NCBI GenBank assembly: GCA_000217635.1 | Contig: CP001817.1 | Location: 390,001-422,000, forward strand | From: Candidatus Saccharimonadota bacterium | Lineage (GTDB): Bacteria > Pseudomonadota > Gammaproteobacteria > Enterobacterales > Enterobacteriaceae | Reading direction: 5' to 3' | Length of the DNA: 32,000 bases | Shown: positions 9,286 through 20,434 of the stretch, in pieces | Layout: each line of letters starts with the position of its first letter | Position numbering within the stretch: position 1 is the stretch's first letter | The notes under the pieces: generated by a model | Databases searched by the model: none | What the model was told of the DNA's origin: nothing | Seen by the model: the letters and a program-made list of their open reading frames with translations, nothing else | Made by a program: the position numbers and the translations under genes

Positions 9286-11397
9286 TTATGAATTTCTTTT
9301 AGATATAATTTTATCACAAATTATATTTGGAGCTTCAGAATACTTAAAAAATTCCATGGAATAAGACGCTCGACCTTGTGTTTGTGATCTTAAATCTGTT
9401 GCATACCCAAACATTTCCGATAATGGAACATAAGATTGAATGTTCTTACCTCCCAATAAATCATCGTTCATTCCTTCAATAATACCACGACGTCTATTAA
9501 TATCACCTATAACGTCGCCCATATAATCTTCAGGTGTTTCTACTTCTACTTTCATAATTGGTTCTAAAATAGTTGGATTAGCTAGTTTAAAGGCAGATTT
9601 AAAGGCATAAGATGCTGCCAATTTAAAAGCTAATTCGGAAGAATCCACATCATGATACGAACCGTAATATAACCGTACCGTTACATCAACAACTGGATAT
9701 CCTGCTAATGGTCCTGATTTTAATTGTTCTTGAATCCCTTTATCTATTGCTGAAATATATTCTGTTGGTATCACGCCACCTTTAATATCATTGATAAATA
9801 AATAACCTGAATTTTTTGGATTAGAAGGAAATAAATCGATAACAACATGACCATATTGCCCTCTACCTCCTGATTGTTTAATATATTTTCCTTCTACACC
9901 CTTAGCGATATCACGTATAGTTTCGCGATATGAAACTTGTGGTTGACCAACATTTGCTTCAACATTAAATTCACGTCGCATACGATCAACAATAATTTCT
10001 AAATGTAATTCTCCCATTCCCGCAATAATAGTTTGATGAGATTCTCTATCAGTCCATACTTTAAAAGACGGATCTTCTTTAGCTAATCTATTTAATGCTA
10101 TACCCATTTTTTCCTGATCTATTTTTGTTTTAGGTTCTACAGCAATAGATATTACCGGATCAGGAAAATCCATTTTTTCTAAAATAACAGGGTTATTAAT
10201 ATCACACAATGTATCCCCTGTTGTAACATTTTTTAATCCAATTGCTGCTGCTATATCTCCTGCTCTCACTTCTTTTATTTCTTCCCTTTTATTAGCATGC
10301 ATTTGAACAATACGCCCAAATCTTTCTTTATGTGATTTTACAGAATTAAAAACAATATCACCTGAACGTACAATACCAGAATAAACACGAAAAAATGTTA
10401 AATTACCTACAAAAGCATCAGATGCAATTTTAAATGCCAATGCAGAAAAAGGCTGTTTATCATCTGCATAATGAATATTATCTACTATTTTATTGATTTC
10501 CTGGCTTCTATTAATCATTTTTATATCTTTTGGAGACGGCAAATATTCTATAATAGCATCTAATAATGCTTGAACACCTTTGTTTTTAAAAGCAGAACCA
10601 CATGTTACCAATGTAATTTTATTATCTAATACCTGTAAACGTAAACCTTTTTTAATTTCTGATTCACTTAAAAATTCCGAATCTAAATATTTTTCCATTA
10701 ATTCATCATTGGCTTCAGCAGCTACTTCAATTAAATTTTTATTCCATTTTTTAGAAATCAATAATAAATCTTGTGGAATTTCTGTATATTTAAAAGTTAC
10801 TCCTTGATCATGATCATTCCATTGAATTGCTTTCATTTTAATTAAATCAACAACTCCTTGAAAATTTTCTTCTGATCCGATAGCTAATTGTATTGGTACT
10901 GCAATAGTATGTAATCGTGTTTGTATTTGTTTTACAACTTTTAAAAAATTTGCACCTGTTCGATCCATTTTATTTATAAAAGCAATTCTAGGTACTTTAT
11001 ATTTATTTGCTTGCCTCCAAACTGTTTCTGATTGAGATTGTACTCCTCCAACAGCACAGTATACCATTACAACTCCATCTAAAATACGCATAGAACGCTC
11101 TACTTCAATCGTAAAATCAACATGTCCCGGCGTATCAATAATATTAATTCGATGAGATAAAAATTGTTTTGCCATGCCCGACCAAAACGTTGTAGTTGCT
11201 GCTGAAGTAATAGTAATGCCTCTTTCTTGCTCCTGAACCATCCAATCCATCGTTGCAGCACCATCATGTACTTCACCGATTTTATGATTTACACCTGTAT
11301 AAAATAAAATCCGTTCTGTTGTTGTTGTTTTTCCTGCATCGATATGAGCACTAATACCAATATTACGATATTGAGTAATAGGCGTTGTACGAGCCAT
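9286..11397 (-). CDS. fusA: Elongation factor G
   Basis: 703 aa. [35 protein letters not shown]... is the canonical EF-G. Confidence 0.98.
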   Translation of the reverse strand: MARTTPITQYRNIGISAHIDAGKTTTTERILFYTGVNHKIGEVHDGAATMDWMVQEQERGITITSAATTTFWSGMAKQFLSHRINIIDTPGHVDFTIEVERSMRILDGVVMVYCAVGGVQSQSETVWRQANKYKVPRIAFINKMDRTGANFLKVVKQIQTRLHTIAVPIQLAIGSEENFQGVVDLIKMKAIQWNDHDQGVTFKYTEIPQDLLLISKKWNKNLIEVAAEANDELMEKYLDSEFLSESEIKKGLRLQVLDNKITLVTCGSAFKNKGVQALLDAIIEYLPSPKDIKMINRSQEINKIVDNIHYADDKQPFSALAFKIASDAFVGNLTFFRVYSGIVRSGDIVFNSVKSHKERFGRIVQMHANKREEIKEVRAGDIAAAIGLKNVTTGDTLCDINNPVILEKMDFPDPVISIAVEPKTKIDQEKMGIALNRLAKEDPSFKVWTDRESHQTIIAGMGELHLEIIVDRMRREFNVEANVGQPQVSYRETIRDIAKGVEGKYIKQSGGRGQYGHVVIDLFPSNPKNSGYLFINDIKGGVIPTEYISAIDKGIQEQLKSGPLAGYPVVDVTVRLYYGSYHDVDSSELAFKLAASYAFKSAFKLANPTILEPIMKVEVETPEDYMGDVIGDINRRRGIIEGMNDDLLGGKNIQSYVPLSEMFGYATDLRSQTQGRASYSMEFFKYSEAPNIICDKIISKRNS

Positions 11398-11505
11398 AAA
11401 AATCCTCTATAAAATATACACATTCAATTTGCATATAGTGTATAAAAAATAATCCATAAATATATAAAAACCCATCTTATATAATATGATGATGAATAAC
11501 ATAAA

Positions 11506-11976
11506 TTACCAACGATAATGTGCAAATGCTTTGTTTGCATCTGCCATTTTATGAACTTCTTCTTTCTTTTTAACCGCAGCTCCTTTATTACTAATAGCAT
11601 CTAATAATTCATTAGTTAAACGAAGAGACATTGATTGATCTATACGTTTACGAGCAGCTTCTACTATCCAACGCATAGCTAATGCATTCCTCCGTATAGG
11701 ACGTACTTCAATTGGAACTTGATACGTTGAACCACCGACACGACGTGATTTTACTTCTATAACCGGTTTTACTTGATCTAAAGCTAACTCAAAAGCTTCT
11801 AATTCTTTTTTATGTAATTTTATAGATATATTTTTTAAAGCCGTATAAACAATATTTTCTGCAATTGATTTTTTACCATTTACCATTAAAATATTAATAA
11901 ATTTTGCTAATAATTCTGATGAAAATTTTGGATCCGGTAAAATTTTACGATTTCCAATAATACGACGACGAGGCAT
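11506..11976 (-). CDS. rpsG: 30S ribosomal protein S7
   Basis: 156 aa. [18 protein letters not shown]... to ...KAFAHYRW is the canonical S7. Confidence 0.97.
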   Translation of the reverse strand: MPRRRIIGNRKILPDPKFSSELLAKFINILMVNGKKSIAENIVYTALKNISIKLHKKELEAFELALDQVKPVIEVKSRRVGGSTYQVPIEVRPIRRNALAMRWIVEAARKRIDQSMSLRLTNELLDAISNKGAAVKKKEEVHKMADANKAFAHYRW

Positions 11977-11999
11977 AAAAACTCCTTGTACATAAAAAT

Positions 12000-12374
12000 T
12001 TATGTTTTTGATCTTTTAACACCATATTTTGAACGACTTTTTTTCCGATCTTTTACTCCTGCGCAATCTAATGAACCCCTTACAATATGGTAACGTACTC
12101 CAGGCAAATCCTTTACTCTACCTCCACGAATCAAAATTACCGAATGTTCTTGTAAATTATGACCTTCACCTCCAATATATGCTGTTACCTCAAAACCATT
12201 AGTAAGTCGTACACGACATACTTTACGTAATGCAGAATTTGGTTTTTTAGGTGTAGTAGTATAAACACGTATACATACCCCTCGTTTCTGTGGACACCGA
12301 GATAATGCTGGTACATTACTTTTAATTCTTTTTTGTATACGAGATTTGCGAACTAACTGATTAGTTGTAGACAT
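12000..12374 (-). CDS. rpsL: 30S ribosomal protein S12
   Basis: 124 aa. ...[39 protein letters not shown]... is the canonical S12. GGAGAA lies upstream. Confidence 0.98.
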   Translation of the reverse strand: MSTTNQLVRKSRIQKRIKSNVPALSRCPQKRGVCIRVYTTTPKKPNSALRKVCRVRLTNGFEVTAYIGGEGHNLQEHSVILIRGGRVKDLPGVRYHIVRGSLDCAGVKDRKKSRSKYGVKRSKT

Positions 12375-12464
12375 TCATTCTCCGTAAATAATATATTTAT
12401 ATAAAATTAATATTATAAAAAATAACAATAAATAACTAAAAAATATATTTTTTTATTAAAATAT

Positions 12465-12752
12465 TTACCATGTTATACTTTTTTTATGTTTTGCTGTTAA
12501 TTTGACAAAACAATTATAATCAATTATTTTATCAGATTTCAAAATAAACTTATATAAACCGCGTGCATAAAGATCATCTTCTAAAAAATAGATGATTTTA
12601 AAAAAAAAATGTATTTTTTTAAAATAAATATTATTCTTAATGCCTAAAATTACTCCATCTTGAATACAAACTAAATCATCTGTTTCAGAGCTAAGTGATA
12701 GTAAAGATTTTATTGATATTTTATAAGGAGAGTGCAATAAAATATGTAACAT
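12465..12752 (-). CDS. tusB: tRNA 2-thiouridine synthesis sulfur relay protein TusB
   Basis: MLHILLHSPY...QDGV...EDDLYARGL...FVKLTAKH..ITW aligns with E. coli TusB (95 aa). An alternative ATG at 12764 adds 4 codons and overlaps tusC. Confidence 0.85.
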   Translation of the reverse strand: MLHILLHSPYKISIKSLLSLSSETDDLVCIQDGVILGIKNNIYFKKIHFFFKIIYFLEDDLYARGLYKFILKSDKIIDYNCFVKLTAKHKKSITW

Positions 12753-12757
12753 ATTAA

Positions 12758-13117
12758 TTACCATTTAAAAACAAAATCAAAAGTGTTAATATATTTTTTA
12801 AGATGTTTTGAATTTACTAATTTTATATCTAATATAAAATTATTAAATTTCTTTAGACCACGATCTTGCATTGATTTTTCACAAAAAAAAAAATCTGTAA
12901 TTCCATATAAAAGTAATATTTTAAATGTTTTTATATAATTACGTGAAAAAATCAATTGCGGATTTTGTTTTGGAATCAACTGAAATACACCATCTTCAAT
13001 AAAAAATAAACCTATCTTGTTAGTAGATACTGAAAATGATATTATAACATCCAAACCTTCTCTGCTTATGCTATTTCCATGTGGTGCATTAGAAAAAATA
13101 AACGCAATAGATTTCAT
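12758..13117 (-). CDS. tusC: Sulfur relay protein TusC
   Basis: 119 aa, the same as E. coli. MKSIAFIFSNAPHGNSISREGLD...FFIEDGVFQL matches TusC. Confidence 0.88.
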   Translation of the reverse strand: MKSIAFIFSNAPHGNSISREGLDVIISFSVSTNKIGLFFIEDGVFQLIPKQNPQLIFSRNYIKTFKILLLYGITDFFFCEKSMQDRGLKKFNNFILDIKLVNSKHLKKYINTFDFVFKW

Positions 13118-13137
13118 AAATTTAAATTAATTAAAAG

Positions 13138-13524
13138 TTAGAATTGTATAATTCGATCACATGAATGTATTAAAAATGCTAATTCATTTAAACTAAACCA
13201 TTCGAAATAAGAAGAAAAATTTCCATTTGAATAACCTAATTCTAATGCTGTTTGGTCATTAATTACTCCACGACGATATGCAGCACTAGAACATACATAT
13301 AATTTAATTTTATATTTTTTTTTTAATACAACCCAAGATTTTATAATATTAAATTCATCTACAGCAGGACTTAACATATAATTTGCATTATATACTCCTG
13401 AAAAATAAAAAAATACACATTTTAAAGAAAATCGTTGTAATAATAATGCTTTTGCAAATGAAAATGATGTACTAGAATTTTGAGTTCCATATGGAGGATC
13501 AGTTACAAAAATAATATATTTCAT
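13138..13524 (-). CDS. tusD: Sulfurtransferase TusD
   Basis: 128 aa, the same as E. coli. DsrE-like MKYIIFVTDPPYGTQ... and ...VCSSAAYRRGV carrying the conserved Cys. Heads the tusDCB-rpsL arrangement. Confidence 0.88.
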   Translation of the reverse strand: MKYIIFVTDPPYGTQNSSTSFSFAKALLLQRFSLKCVFFYFSGVYNANYMLSPAVDEFNIIKSWVVLKKKYKIKLYVCSSAAYRRGVINDQTALELGYSNGNFSSYFEWFSLNELAFLIHSCDRIIQF

Positions 13525-13997
13525 ACTAAATATTTAGAACCTTTAGTGTATTATCTTATAAAAATTATTTTTATATAATAAATATTATTTATTAGATTCT
13601 AAAACAAAATAAAAAGACATTACCAAATATTAAAAAATAATTTATATCAAAAAATTATATATATTAAAATATATTATTCTATATATTTATAAAATTCACA
13701 AAAATTTAAAAATAAAAATTAAAAAAAATATTATTATTTTTATTAATTGCAATATATAAAATTATATTTAGATTAATATTTAATAATTTATTTAATTTAT
13801 TTTTTTAATAATAAAATATATTTTCTTAATATATCATGGATATATAAAAAAACCAAATAAACCATAAAAATATATAATCAAATCAAATCTTATAATAAAA
13901 TTTTAAAATATATTTATATTATTATATTAATGATTATTAAGACACTCATTGTTAATAAAATAATTTAAAAAATATTTTAAAGTTAATTTTAAATTTT

Positions 13998-15010
13998 TTA
14001 TGAATTTAAAATATTTTGCACAATATACAAAGTTTTTTTACTATATTTCCGTGCATTTTCCGCTCCATTTTTTAATATTTCATGTAAATAATAAATATCT
14101 TTGCGAAAAATAAAATAAGACTTTTGAATTTTTAATATTACTTCTATTAAAATATCTAATAAATATTTTTTAAAATTTTGATATGTATATCTTTCAAATT
14201 CTAATTCTAACTTAGAAATTTTTTTACCTGTTAACGAAGATAATATCATCAATAAATTTGAAATACCCGGCTTATTATCTTTATCATATATAACTTGCGG
14301 AGGATTATTAGAATCAGTTAATGCTTTTTGTAATTTCATACGTATTAATTTTATATCATCTAATAAAAATATCGAATTGTTCAAATTAATATCTGACTTA
14401 GACATTTTTTTTATAGGATTTTGTAATGCCATAATTTTATAACCAATATTGTTCAAAATAATAGAAGGAATTGTAAAAATATCTCCATATTTCTTATTAA
14501 AACGATGCGCAATACTTTGAACTAATTCTAAATGTTGTTTTTGATCTAATCCAACAGGTACAAAATTTGTTTGATATAATAAAATATCAGCTGCCATTAA
14601 TACGGGATAACTAAATAAAGAAAGGTTAATAGGAATATTTTTATTAAGATTAACTTTATATTTAAACTGAGTCATTCTAGATAATTCACCAAAATAACTA
14701 AAATTACTTAATATCCAATATAATTGCGTATGCTCCAAAACATGAGACTGTAAAAAAACAGTGCTTTTATTAGGATCTACTCCACAAGATAAAAATAACG
14801 CTAAGGTATCTAAAATTCTATTATTTAAAGATTCTTGAATTTGATTTGGAAAAACAGTTAAAGCATGTAAGTCAGATATACAAAAAAAAAACATAAGTAT
14901 TTTTTTTGAAATTCTGCCCAACAATTTATTGTTCCGCAATAATTACCGATTGTTAATAAACCAGATGGCTGAATACCTGTAAATAAAATATCTTTAGAAA
15001 TTTTTTGCAC
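13998..15010 (-). pseudogene. trpS: Tryptophan--tRNA ligase, split by a frameshift in a T10 run (mRNA U10)
   Basis: The ORF 13998..14939 matches E. coli TrpRS from CIVDQHAITV onward (here CISDLHALTV) and includes KMSKS. The missing N-terminus (GTG at 15010: QKISKDILFTGIQPSGLLTIGNYCGTINCWAEFQKKYLCFFF) is in another frame and joins at 14882..14891. Confidence 0.9.
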
Positions 15011-15085
15011 ATTCTAACTACCTTATCAGTATTAAAAACAATATCGCTATTATTTAATATAATATATTAATATTCTTTAATAATA

Positions 15086-15754
15086 TTATACACCTAATAT
15101 ACGTTGAGTAAAATTTTTTATTGTTTCTACATAATTTTTAGATTTAAATAGAGCCGATCCAATTACTGCTATATCAGCTCCCGCCCGAACAATTTTAGAA
15201 ATGTTATTTAAATTAATCCCCCCATCTACAGTCAATAAAATTTTATTATTATATTTTTTAATTAAACAAGATATTAATTTAATTTTATTTAAAATTCCCG
15301 GTAAAAATATTTGCCCCCCAAAACCTGGATTAACTGACATTACTAAAATTAAATCTATATCTTTAATAATAAATTTCAAAAAATCTAATGTAGTAGAAGG
15401 ATTTAATGCTATCCCCACATAACAACCCGATTGTTTAATTAAATATAATGTTTTATGTAAATGATTTGTTGTTTCTGGGTGTATTGTAATATATGTTGCG
15501 CCAGCTTTAGCAAAAGGTATAATTAAAGGATCTACTGGAGAAACCATTAAATGTACATCAATTGGTACAGTAATATCATTTTTGCGTATCGATTCTAATA
15601 CCATAGGACCTAAACTAAGATTAGGTACATAATGATAATCCATAACATCGAAATGAATCATATTACAGCCGGCAGATAAAATATGATGTATTTCATCTCC
15701 AAGATAAAAAAAATTTGCGGATAAAATAGATGCAGAAATTAAAAATTTTTTCAT
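15086..15754 (-). CDS. rpe: Ribulose-phosphate 3-epimerase
   Basis: 222 aa. ...SILSANF..LGDEI...HFDVMDYHYVPNLSLGP... and ...MSVNPGFGGQ.F match E. coli Rpe. Confidence 0.95.
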   Translation of the reverse strand: MKKFLISASILSANFFYLGDEIHHILSAGCNMIHFDVMDYHYVPNLSLGPMVLESIRKNDITVPIDVHLMVSPVDPLIIPFAKAGATYITIHPETTNHLHKTLYLIKQSGCYVGIALNPSTTLDFLKFIIKDIDLILVMSVNPGFGGQIFLPGILNKIKLISCLIKKYNNKILLTVDGGINLNNISKIVRAGADIAVIGSALFKSKNYVETIKNFTQRILGV

Positions 15755-15860
15755 AAATTCCCAAATTATCTTATATCAAAAAATTATATTTATTAATGTG
15801 ATATATATATAAAAAATTAATCTATCAAATAAGAATATATTTAAATTTTCAAAAATGATT

Positions 15861-16973
15861 TTAAATATTACTTTTAAAAGATTTTTTTTTATAACAATTT
15901 TGAATTGCAACAATTAATTCAGATTCATCATGTAATGTATATACTGTAGCAACCCCAATAGACACAGGTAATACTAAGCGTATTTTGTTATCTAAAACTT
16001 TTTTATCTCGACGAATTAAATTTAAATAATCATATACAGACATATTTTGCGGGCCAATAATAGGTAATCCAATTTTATAAAAAATTTTAACAATTCGTAT
16101 TAAGTCAAAATTATTTAAAATATTTAAAGAATTAGCTAAATAAGCGGAGAGAACAATTCCAGAAGCAACAGCATATCCATGTAACCATTTATTATATTTT
16201 GTATAAGTTTCAATAGCATGAGCAAAACTATGTCCTAAATTAAGTAAAACACGATCACTTTTCTCCGTTTCATCTTTACTAATGATTTTTGATTTTATTT
16301 CGCAACATTTTTTAATACAATATAATAGCTCTTTTTTTTGTAATTGAATAACTAAGTTTATGTGTTTCTCTAACCAAACAAAAAAATCATAATCTAAAAT
16401 AATCGCATATTTTATAATTTCAGCAATACCTGAAAGAATTTGTTTTTTTGATAAAAAAGATAAAAAATTAATATCTATAAAAACCGAGCTAGGTTGCCAA
16501 AAAGACCCAATCATATTTTTACCTAAATTATGATTAACTCCGGTTTTTCCTCCAATAGATGCATCTACTTGAGCTAATAAAGTAGTAGGAATTTGAATAA
16601 AATTAATACCTCGTTGATAAATAGAAGCAACAAACCCAGTCATATCACCAATAACACCGCCACCTAAAGCAATCAATGTAGTATCACGACCATATGAATT
16701 TTTTAATAAAAATGTAATCATGGATTCAATTTCTTGAATATTTTTATGACACTCACTATCATTTAATAAATATATTTGATCTATCTTTGATAAAAATAAT
16801 GAATTATATATATTAATATCTGAAATAATATTTTTTAATATTGTATTTGTAATTAATACATATTTTTTTTTATTTTCTAATACTCTTTGAATAGTATTAT
16901 TATTTAATATTTTAGATCCTATATAAATATTATAACTACGATCATCTAAATTAACAGAAATATGCTCTAACAT
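15861..16973 (-). CDS. aroB: 3-dehydroquinate synthase
   Basis: 370 aa. ...GRDTTLIALGGGVIGDMTGF... and ...VDASIGGKTGVNH.LGKNMIG.F.QP... and ...LNLGHSFAHAIE match AroB. Confidence 0.95.
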   Translation of the reverse strand: MLEHISVNLDDRSYNIYIGSKILNNNTIQRVLENKKKYVLITNTILKNIISDINIYNSLFLSKIDQIYLLNDSECHKNIQEIESMITFLLKNSYGRDTTLIALGGGVIGDMTGFVASIYQRGINFIQIPTTLLAQVDASIGGKTGVNHNLGKNMIGSFWQPSSVFIDINFLSFLSKKQILSGIAEIIKYAIILDYDFFVWLEKHINLVIQLQKKELLYCIKKCCEIKSKIISKDETEKSDRVLLNLGHSFAHAIETYTKYNKWLHGYAVASGIVLSAYLANSLNILNNFDLIRIVKIFYKIGLPIIGPQNMSVYDYLNLIRRDKKVLDNKIRLVLPVSIGVATVYTLHDESELIVAIQNCYKKKSFKSNI

Positions 16974-17006
16974 TTTTACACCTAAATTTTTATTAATTAT
17001 AAAAAA

Positions 17007-17567
17007 TTAATTAAATAACGTTTTTATATCATATTTTAATCGTAAAGTTTTTAAAATATTATAAATAATTGAATTTATATTATAGTTATTAGTATCAATA
17101 ATTATATTAGCAATTCTATTATAAATAGGATCTCTTTCTTTAGCTAATTTTTCTAAAATATATTTATCAGATTGATAAATATTAGTTAATAATGGTCTAG
17201 TTTTATCTGATTTAGTCCTTAATAGTTGTTGTTCTACCGTAGCCTTTAAATATATAACAATACCTCTAGTTATTAAAAAATTTCTAGAATTTAATGAAAG
17301 AATAGATCCTCCTCCTGTAGATAATACTACTCTACTTTTTTTTGTTAAATCATCAATTACTTTTTGTTCTCGATTTCTAAAACCTAATTCACCTTCTATA
17401 TCAAAAATCCATCCTATATTCACTCCAGTTTTTTTTTCAAGTACTCGATCCGAATCATAAAAATTCATATTTAAAAATTTTGCTAAATGACGGCCTATTG
17501 TACTTTTTCCGGCTCCCATAGGACCAATTAAAAAAATATTTTTTTTTAAACATACTATAATTTCCAA
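17007..17567 (-). CDS. aroK: Shikimate kinase I
   Basis: ...[31 protein letters not shown]... matches AroK. The in-frame start is the TTG at 17567. An SD-preceded ATG at 17553 is out of frame by one nt across an A9 run (see findings). Confidence 0.9.
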   Translation of the reverse strand: MEIIVCLKKNIFLIGPMGAGKSTIGRHLAKFLNMNFYDSDRVLEKKTGVNIGWIFDIEGELGFRNREQKVIDDLTKKSRVVLSTGGGSILSLNSRNFLITRGIVIYLKATVEQQLLRTKSDKTRPLLTNIYQSDKYILEKLAKERDPIYNRIANIIIDTNNYNINSIIYNILKTLRLKYDIKTLFN

Positions 17568-17835
17568 GAAAAATAGAGAATAATATATTTTTTAAAAACA
17601 AAAATTTATTTTATAAATAAAAATTTTTGTTATAAACAATATTATATATTGAAAATAAAAGAAATTATATGTTTAATATAAAAAATTATGAATTAATATG
17701 ATATTTTTCCATTAAAAAATATTTCAATATATATATAAAAAATATATCAAATATACATATTATAATATATAATAAAAAAAATAATTTTATTATATAATAA
17801 AAAATATAGGATTTTTAATATATAGAAAAAGAATT

Positions 17836-17922
17836 GGTGAGATGTCTGAGAGGCTGAAAGAACATGTTTGGAAAACATGTATATGGTAAAACGTATCAAG
17901 GGTTCGAATCCCTTTCTCGCCA
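17836..17922 (+). tRNA. tRNA-Ser (anticodon GGA)
   Basis: The acceptor GGTGAGA pairs with TCTCGCC. The anticodon stem is CATGT/ACATG with loop TTGGAAA, giving GGA. It has a long variable arm and a GGTTCGAATCC T-arm. No CCA is encoded. Confidence 0.9.
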
Positions 17923-17986
17923 TTTAAAAAAACATTAAAAAAATAATTCTTAAAATTTATTAAATAATCAAAAATTTAAAAAAATC

Positions 17987-18568
17987 TTAACTATACGAAT
18001 GTATACCATGTTTATGATTTGTAATATCTTGAACCCCTGCAATTTGAGGAAATTCTTTTAATAATTTTTTTTCAATCCCGTCTTTTATTGTTAAATCAAT
18101 CATAGAGCAACCATTACAACTTCCTAAAAATTTTAATAATACATATTTAGTTTTAGTTATTTTTATAAATAAAACTTTACCACCATGTAAAGACAACTGA
18201 GGATTAATATTTTGTATAAGATAATATTGTATTTTATCTTCTAACGATAATTTCTTGTTAAGTAATTTAAAGATTTTGAAAACGGCGCATTTAATGTAAT
18301 TTTTTTTTTCTAAATTATTTTCCAATAAATCAACTTTTACATCTTTTAAAAATATTAAAATTGATCGACATATATATAAATCAAAATATTTATATGATAT
18401 TTTTTTATCAGACACTGGATCTATATCTCCAGAAAAACAATATTTCATTCCACATTCAGCGCGAATCGTGCCAGGAAATTTCATAAATATTCTAATACCT
18501 ATCAAATCCACTTGTGTCGATATTAATTCACGAATGTATTCTTGTACCGCACTTGAAAAAGTAATCAT
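17987..18568 (-). CDS. nfuA: Fe/S biogenesis protein NfuA
   Basis: 193 aa. The N-terminal IscA-like domain (…AECGMKYCF) and the C-terminal Nfu domain (INPQLSLHGGKV...GSCNGCSM...HSYS) match E. coli NfuA. Divergent from bioH, as in E. coli. Confidence 0.9.
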   Translation of the reverse strand: MITFSSAVQEYIRELISTQVDLIGIRIFMKFPGTIRAECGMKYCFSGDIDPVSDKKISYKYFDLYICRSILIFLKDVKVDLLENNLEKKNYIKCAVFKIFKLLNKKLSLEDKIQYYLIQNINPQLSLHGGKVLFIKITKTKYVLLKFLGSCNGCSMIDLTIKDGIEKKLLKEFPQIAGVQDITNHKHGIHSYS

Positions 18569-18700
18569 AAAATTTTTTAATTTCTTATTATTATTAATAT
18601 ATAATGTTTATATTACAATAAAATTAAAAAAATAAACAAGATTTTACTTTTTTTTATTGTACTATATATATTAATAATATTAACATTTAAAATCAACCCT

Positions 18701-19471
18701 ATGTATATAAAAAAATATTACTCGATAATAAAAACAAAAACAAATTTAGTATTTCTACATGGATGGGGATTAGATTCTAATATTTGGACATATATGATTC
18801 CAATTTTAAAATTATATTATAATTTATATTTCATAGACTTACCTGGTTTTGGAAGTAATATTAAAGAACCTATACTAAATTTTAAGAAATTATCAATAAA
18901 AATATTAGAACAACTACCAAAAAAAATAATATGGATTGGGTGGTCTATGGGTGGTTTAATTATAACCTATATCAGTTTACATTACCCTAAACGTACTGAT
19001 GGGATTATTTTAATCAATTCCTCTCCTTTTTTTTTAAAAAAAAATGATTGGTTTGGGATAAATATTTTAGTTTTAAAAAAAATAGAAAAGAAATGCATAA
19101 AAATTATGATAATTTTTAAAAAATTTTATTTATTACATATTAAAACAAAAAAATCAAACCTGATTAATGTATTAAATTTTAATCAGATAAAAAAATTTTT
19201 CTGTAAACCCACAAAAAATGCTATACAATACGGATATATCTGTTTAACTACAATTGATCAAAGAAAAAAATTGAATCATCTACAAGTACCATTATTACAA
19301 ATATATGGATCATTAGATAATATGGTACCTGTAACTAATATTAAAAATCTTGGTCAATTATATTCAAAATATTTTTTCTATATTATTCAAAATTCAAAAC
19401 ACGCACCTTTTTTTTCACATGTAAATGAATTATGTTGCATAATAATGAAATTTATTAAATATATTTCTTAA
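18701..19471 (+). CDS. bioH: Pimeloyl-ACP methyl ester carboxylesterase BioH
   Basis: 256 aa, the same as E. coli. LVFLHGWGLDSNIW, IDLPGFG, GWSMGG (nucleophile elbow), SLDNMVP (Asp) and KHAPFFSH (His) are all present. Confidence 0.88.
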   Translation: MYIKKYYSIIKTKTNLVFLHGWGLDSNIWTYMIPILKLYYNLYFIDLPGFGSNIKEPILNFKKLSIKILEQLPKKIIWIGWSMGGLIITYISLHYPKRTDGIILINSSPFFLKKNDWFGINILVLKKIEKKCIKIMIIFKKFYLLHIKTKKSNLINVLNFNQIKKFFCKPTKNAIQYGYICLTTIDQRKKLNHLQVPLLQIYGSLDNMVPVTNIKNLGQLYSKYFFYIIQNSKHAPFFSHVNELCCIIMKFIKYIS

Positions 19472-19565
19472 TATAAAAAACTATTTTATATTAATAAAAT
19501 TTTTTAAAAAGATAATATTATCAATATATATAATTTTTAATATAGTCAAAATCTATTAAAAAAAA

Positions 19566-20102
19566 TTAAAAAGGCATATCTTCATCATCAAAATCAATTT
19601 TTGATGTTAAATTCACTAAATCAGATTTTTTATCATTTTTTTCAATAGGATACTCAGATAACGAATCATTATTATCCGGTATATTAGGTCCGCTAGTATT
19701 TAATGTTTTAGTATATTTTGATATAGAATCAACATTACTCATAGTACCAGTATGTCTATTTCCTAACATTTGCATTGTTCCAGTAATACTAACAATAATT
19801 TCAGTTGTATAACGATCTATTCCATTTTGATCTTGCCATTTACGAGTTTGTAAAGAACCTTCAATATATACTTGGGCACCTTTTTTTAAATATTTTCCTG
19901 CAATTTCTGCTAATTTACCAAATAAAACAACACGGTGCCATTCAGTTTTTTCTCGCATTTCTCCGGTATTTTTGTCTTTCCAAGTATCAGAAGTTGCTAA
20001 ATTTATATTTGCTACAGCTGTACCATTAGGCATATACCGAAGATCTGGATCTTGTCCTAAATTACCAATTAATATAACTTTATTAATTCCTCTGCTTGCC
20101 AT
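19566..20102 (-). CDS. ssb: Single-stranded DNA-binding protein
   Basis: 178 aa. [25 protein letters not shown]... with the acidic tip DFDDEDMPF. Confidence 0.96.
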   Translation of the reverse strand: MASRGINKVILIGNLGQDPDLRYMPNGTAVANINLATSDTWKDKNTGEMREKTEWHRVVLFGKLAEIAGKYLKKGAQVYIEGSLQTRKWQDQNGIDRYTTEIIVSITGTMQMLGNRHTGTMSNVDSISKYTKTLNTSGPNIPDNNDSLSEYPIEKNDKKSDLVNLTSKIDFDDEDMPF

Positions 20103-20434
20103 AAATATATTTCAACCTAATTTAGTGCTATTAATATTATAATATAATATATAATTATAACATGAAACAATATATATATTGTTATATAAAAATTTATAAA
20201 AGATAACAATTATTTTATTTATTTATATTGTAGCATAATAAAAAAAAATGTATGATTGCTGATTAAGATATATATCTTTTAAAAAAACAAATCTTAATTA
20301 TTAATATGTTTAATTTTATATAAAAAATATAAAAAATCATTTATTCACAATTTTAAAAAAACAAAAATTATTAATTTAAATAATATTTATAAAATAACTT
20401 AATACATGTAATTACTTATAAAAAATATAAAATT

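Noticed and set aside
13642-13660. A 19-nt exact repeat TTATATCAAAAAATTATAT, also at 15771..15789, upstream of tusD and rpe. The minus strand contains TATAAT.
   Set aside because: An A/T-only 19-mer is within chance expectation for this composition. It has no consistent -35 partner. It may be a -10 region, but that is not supportable.
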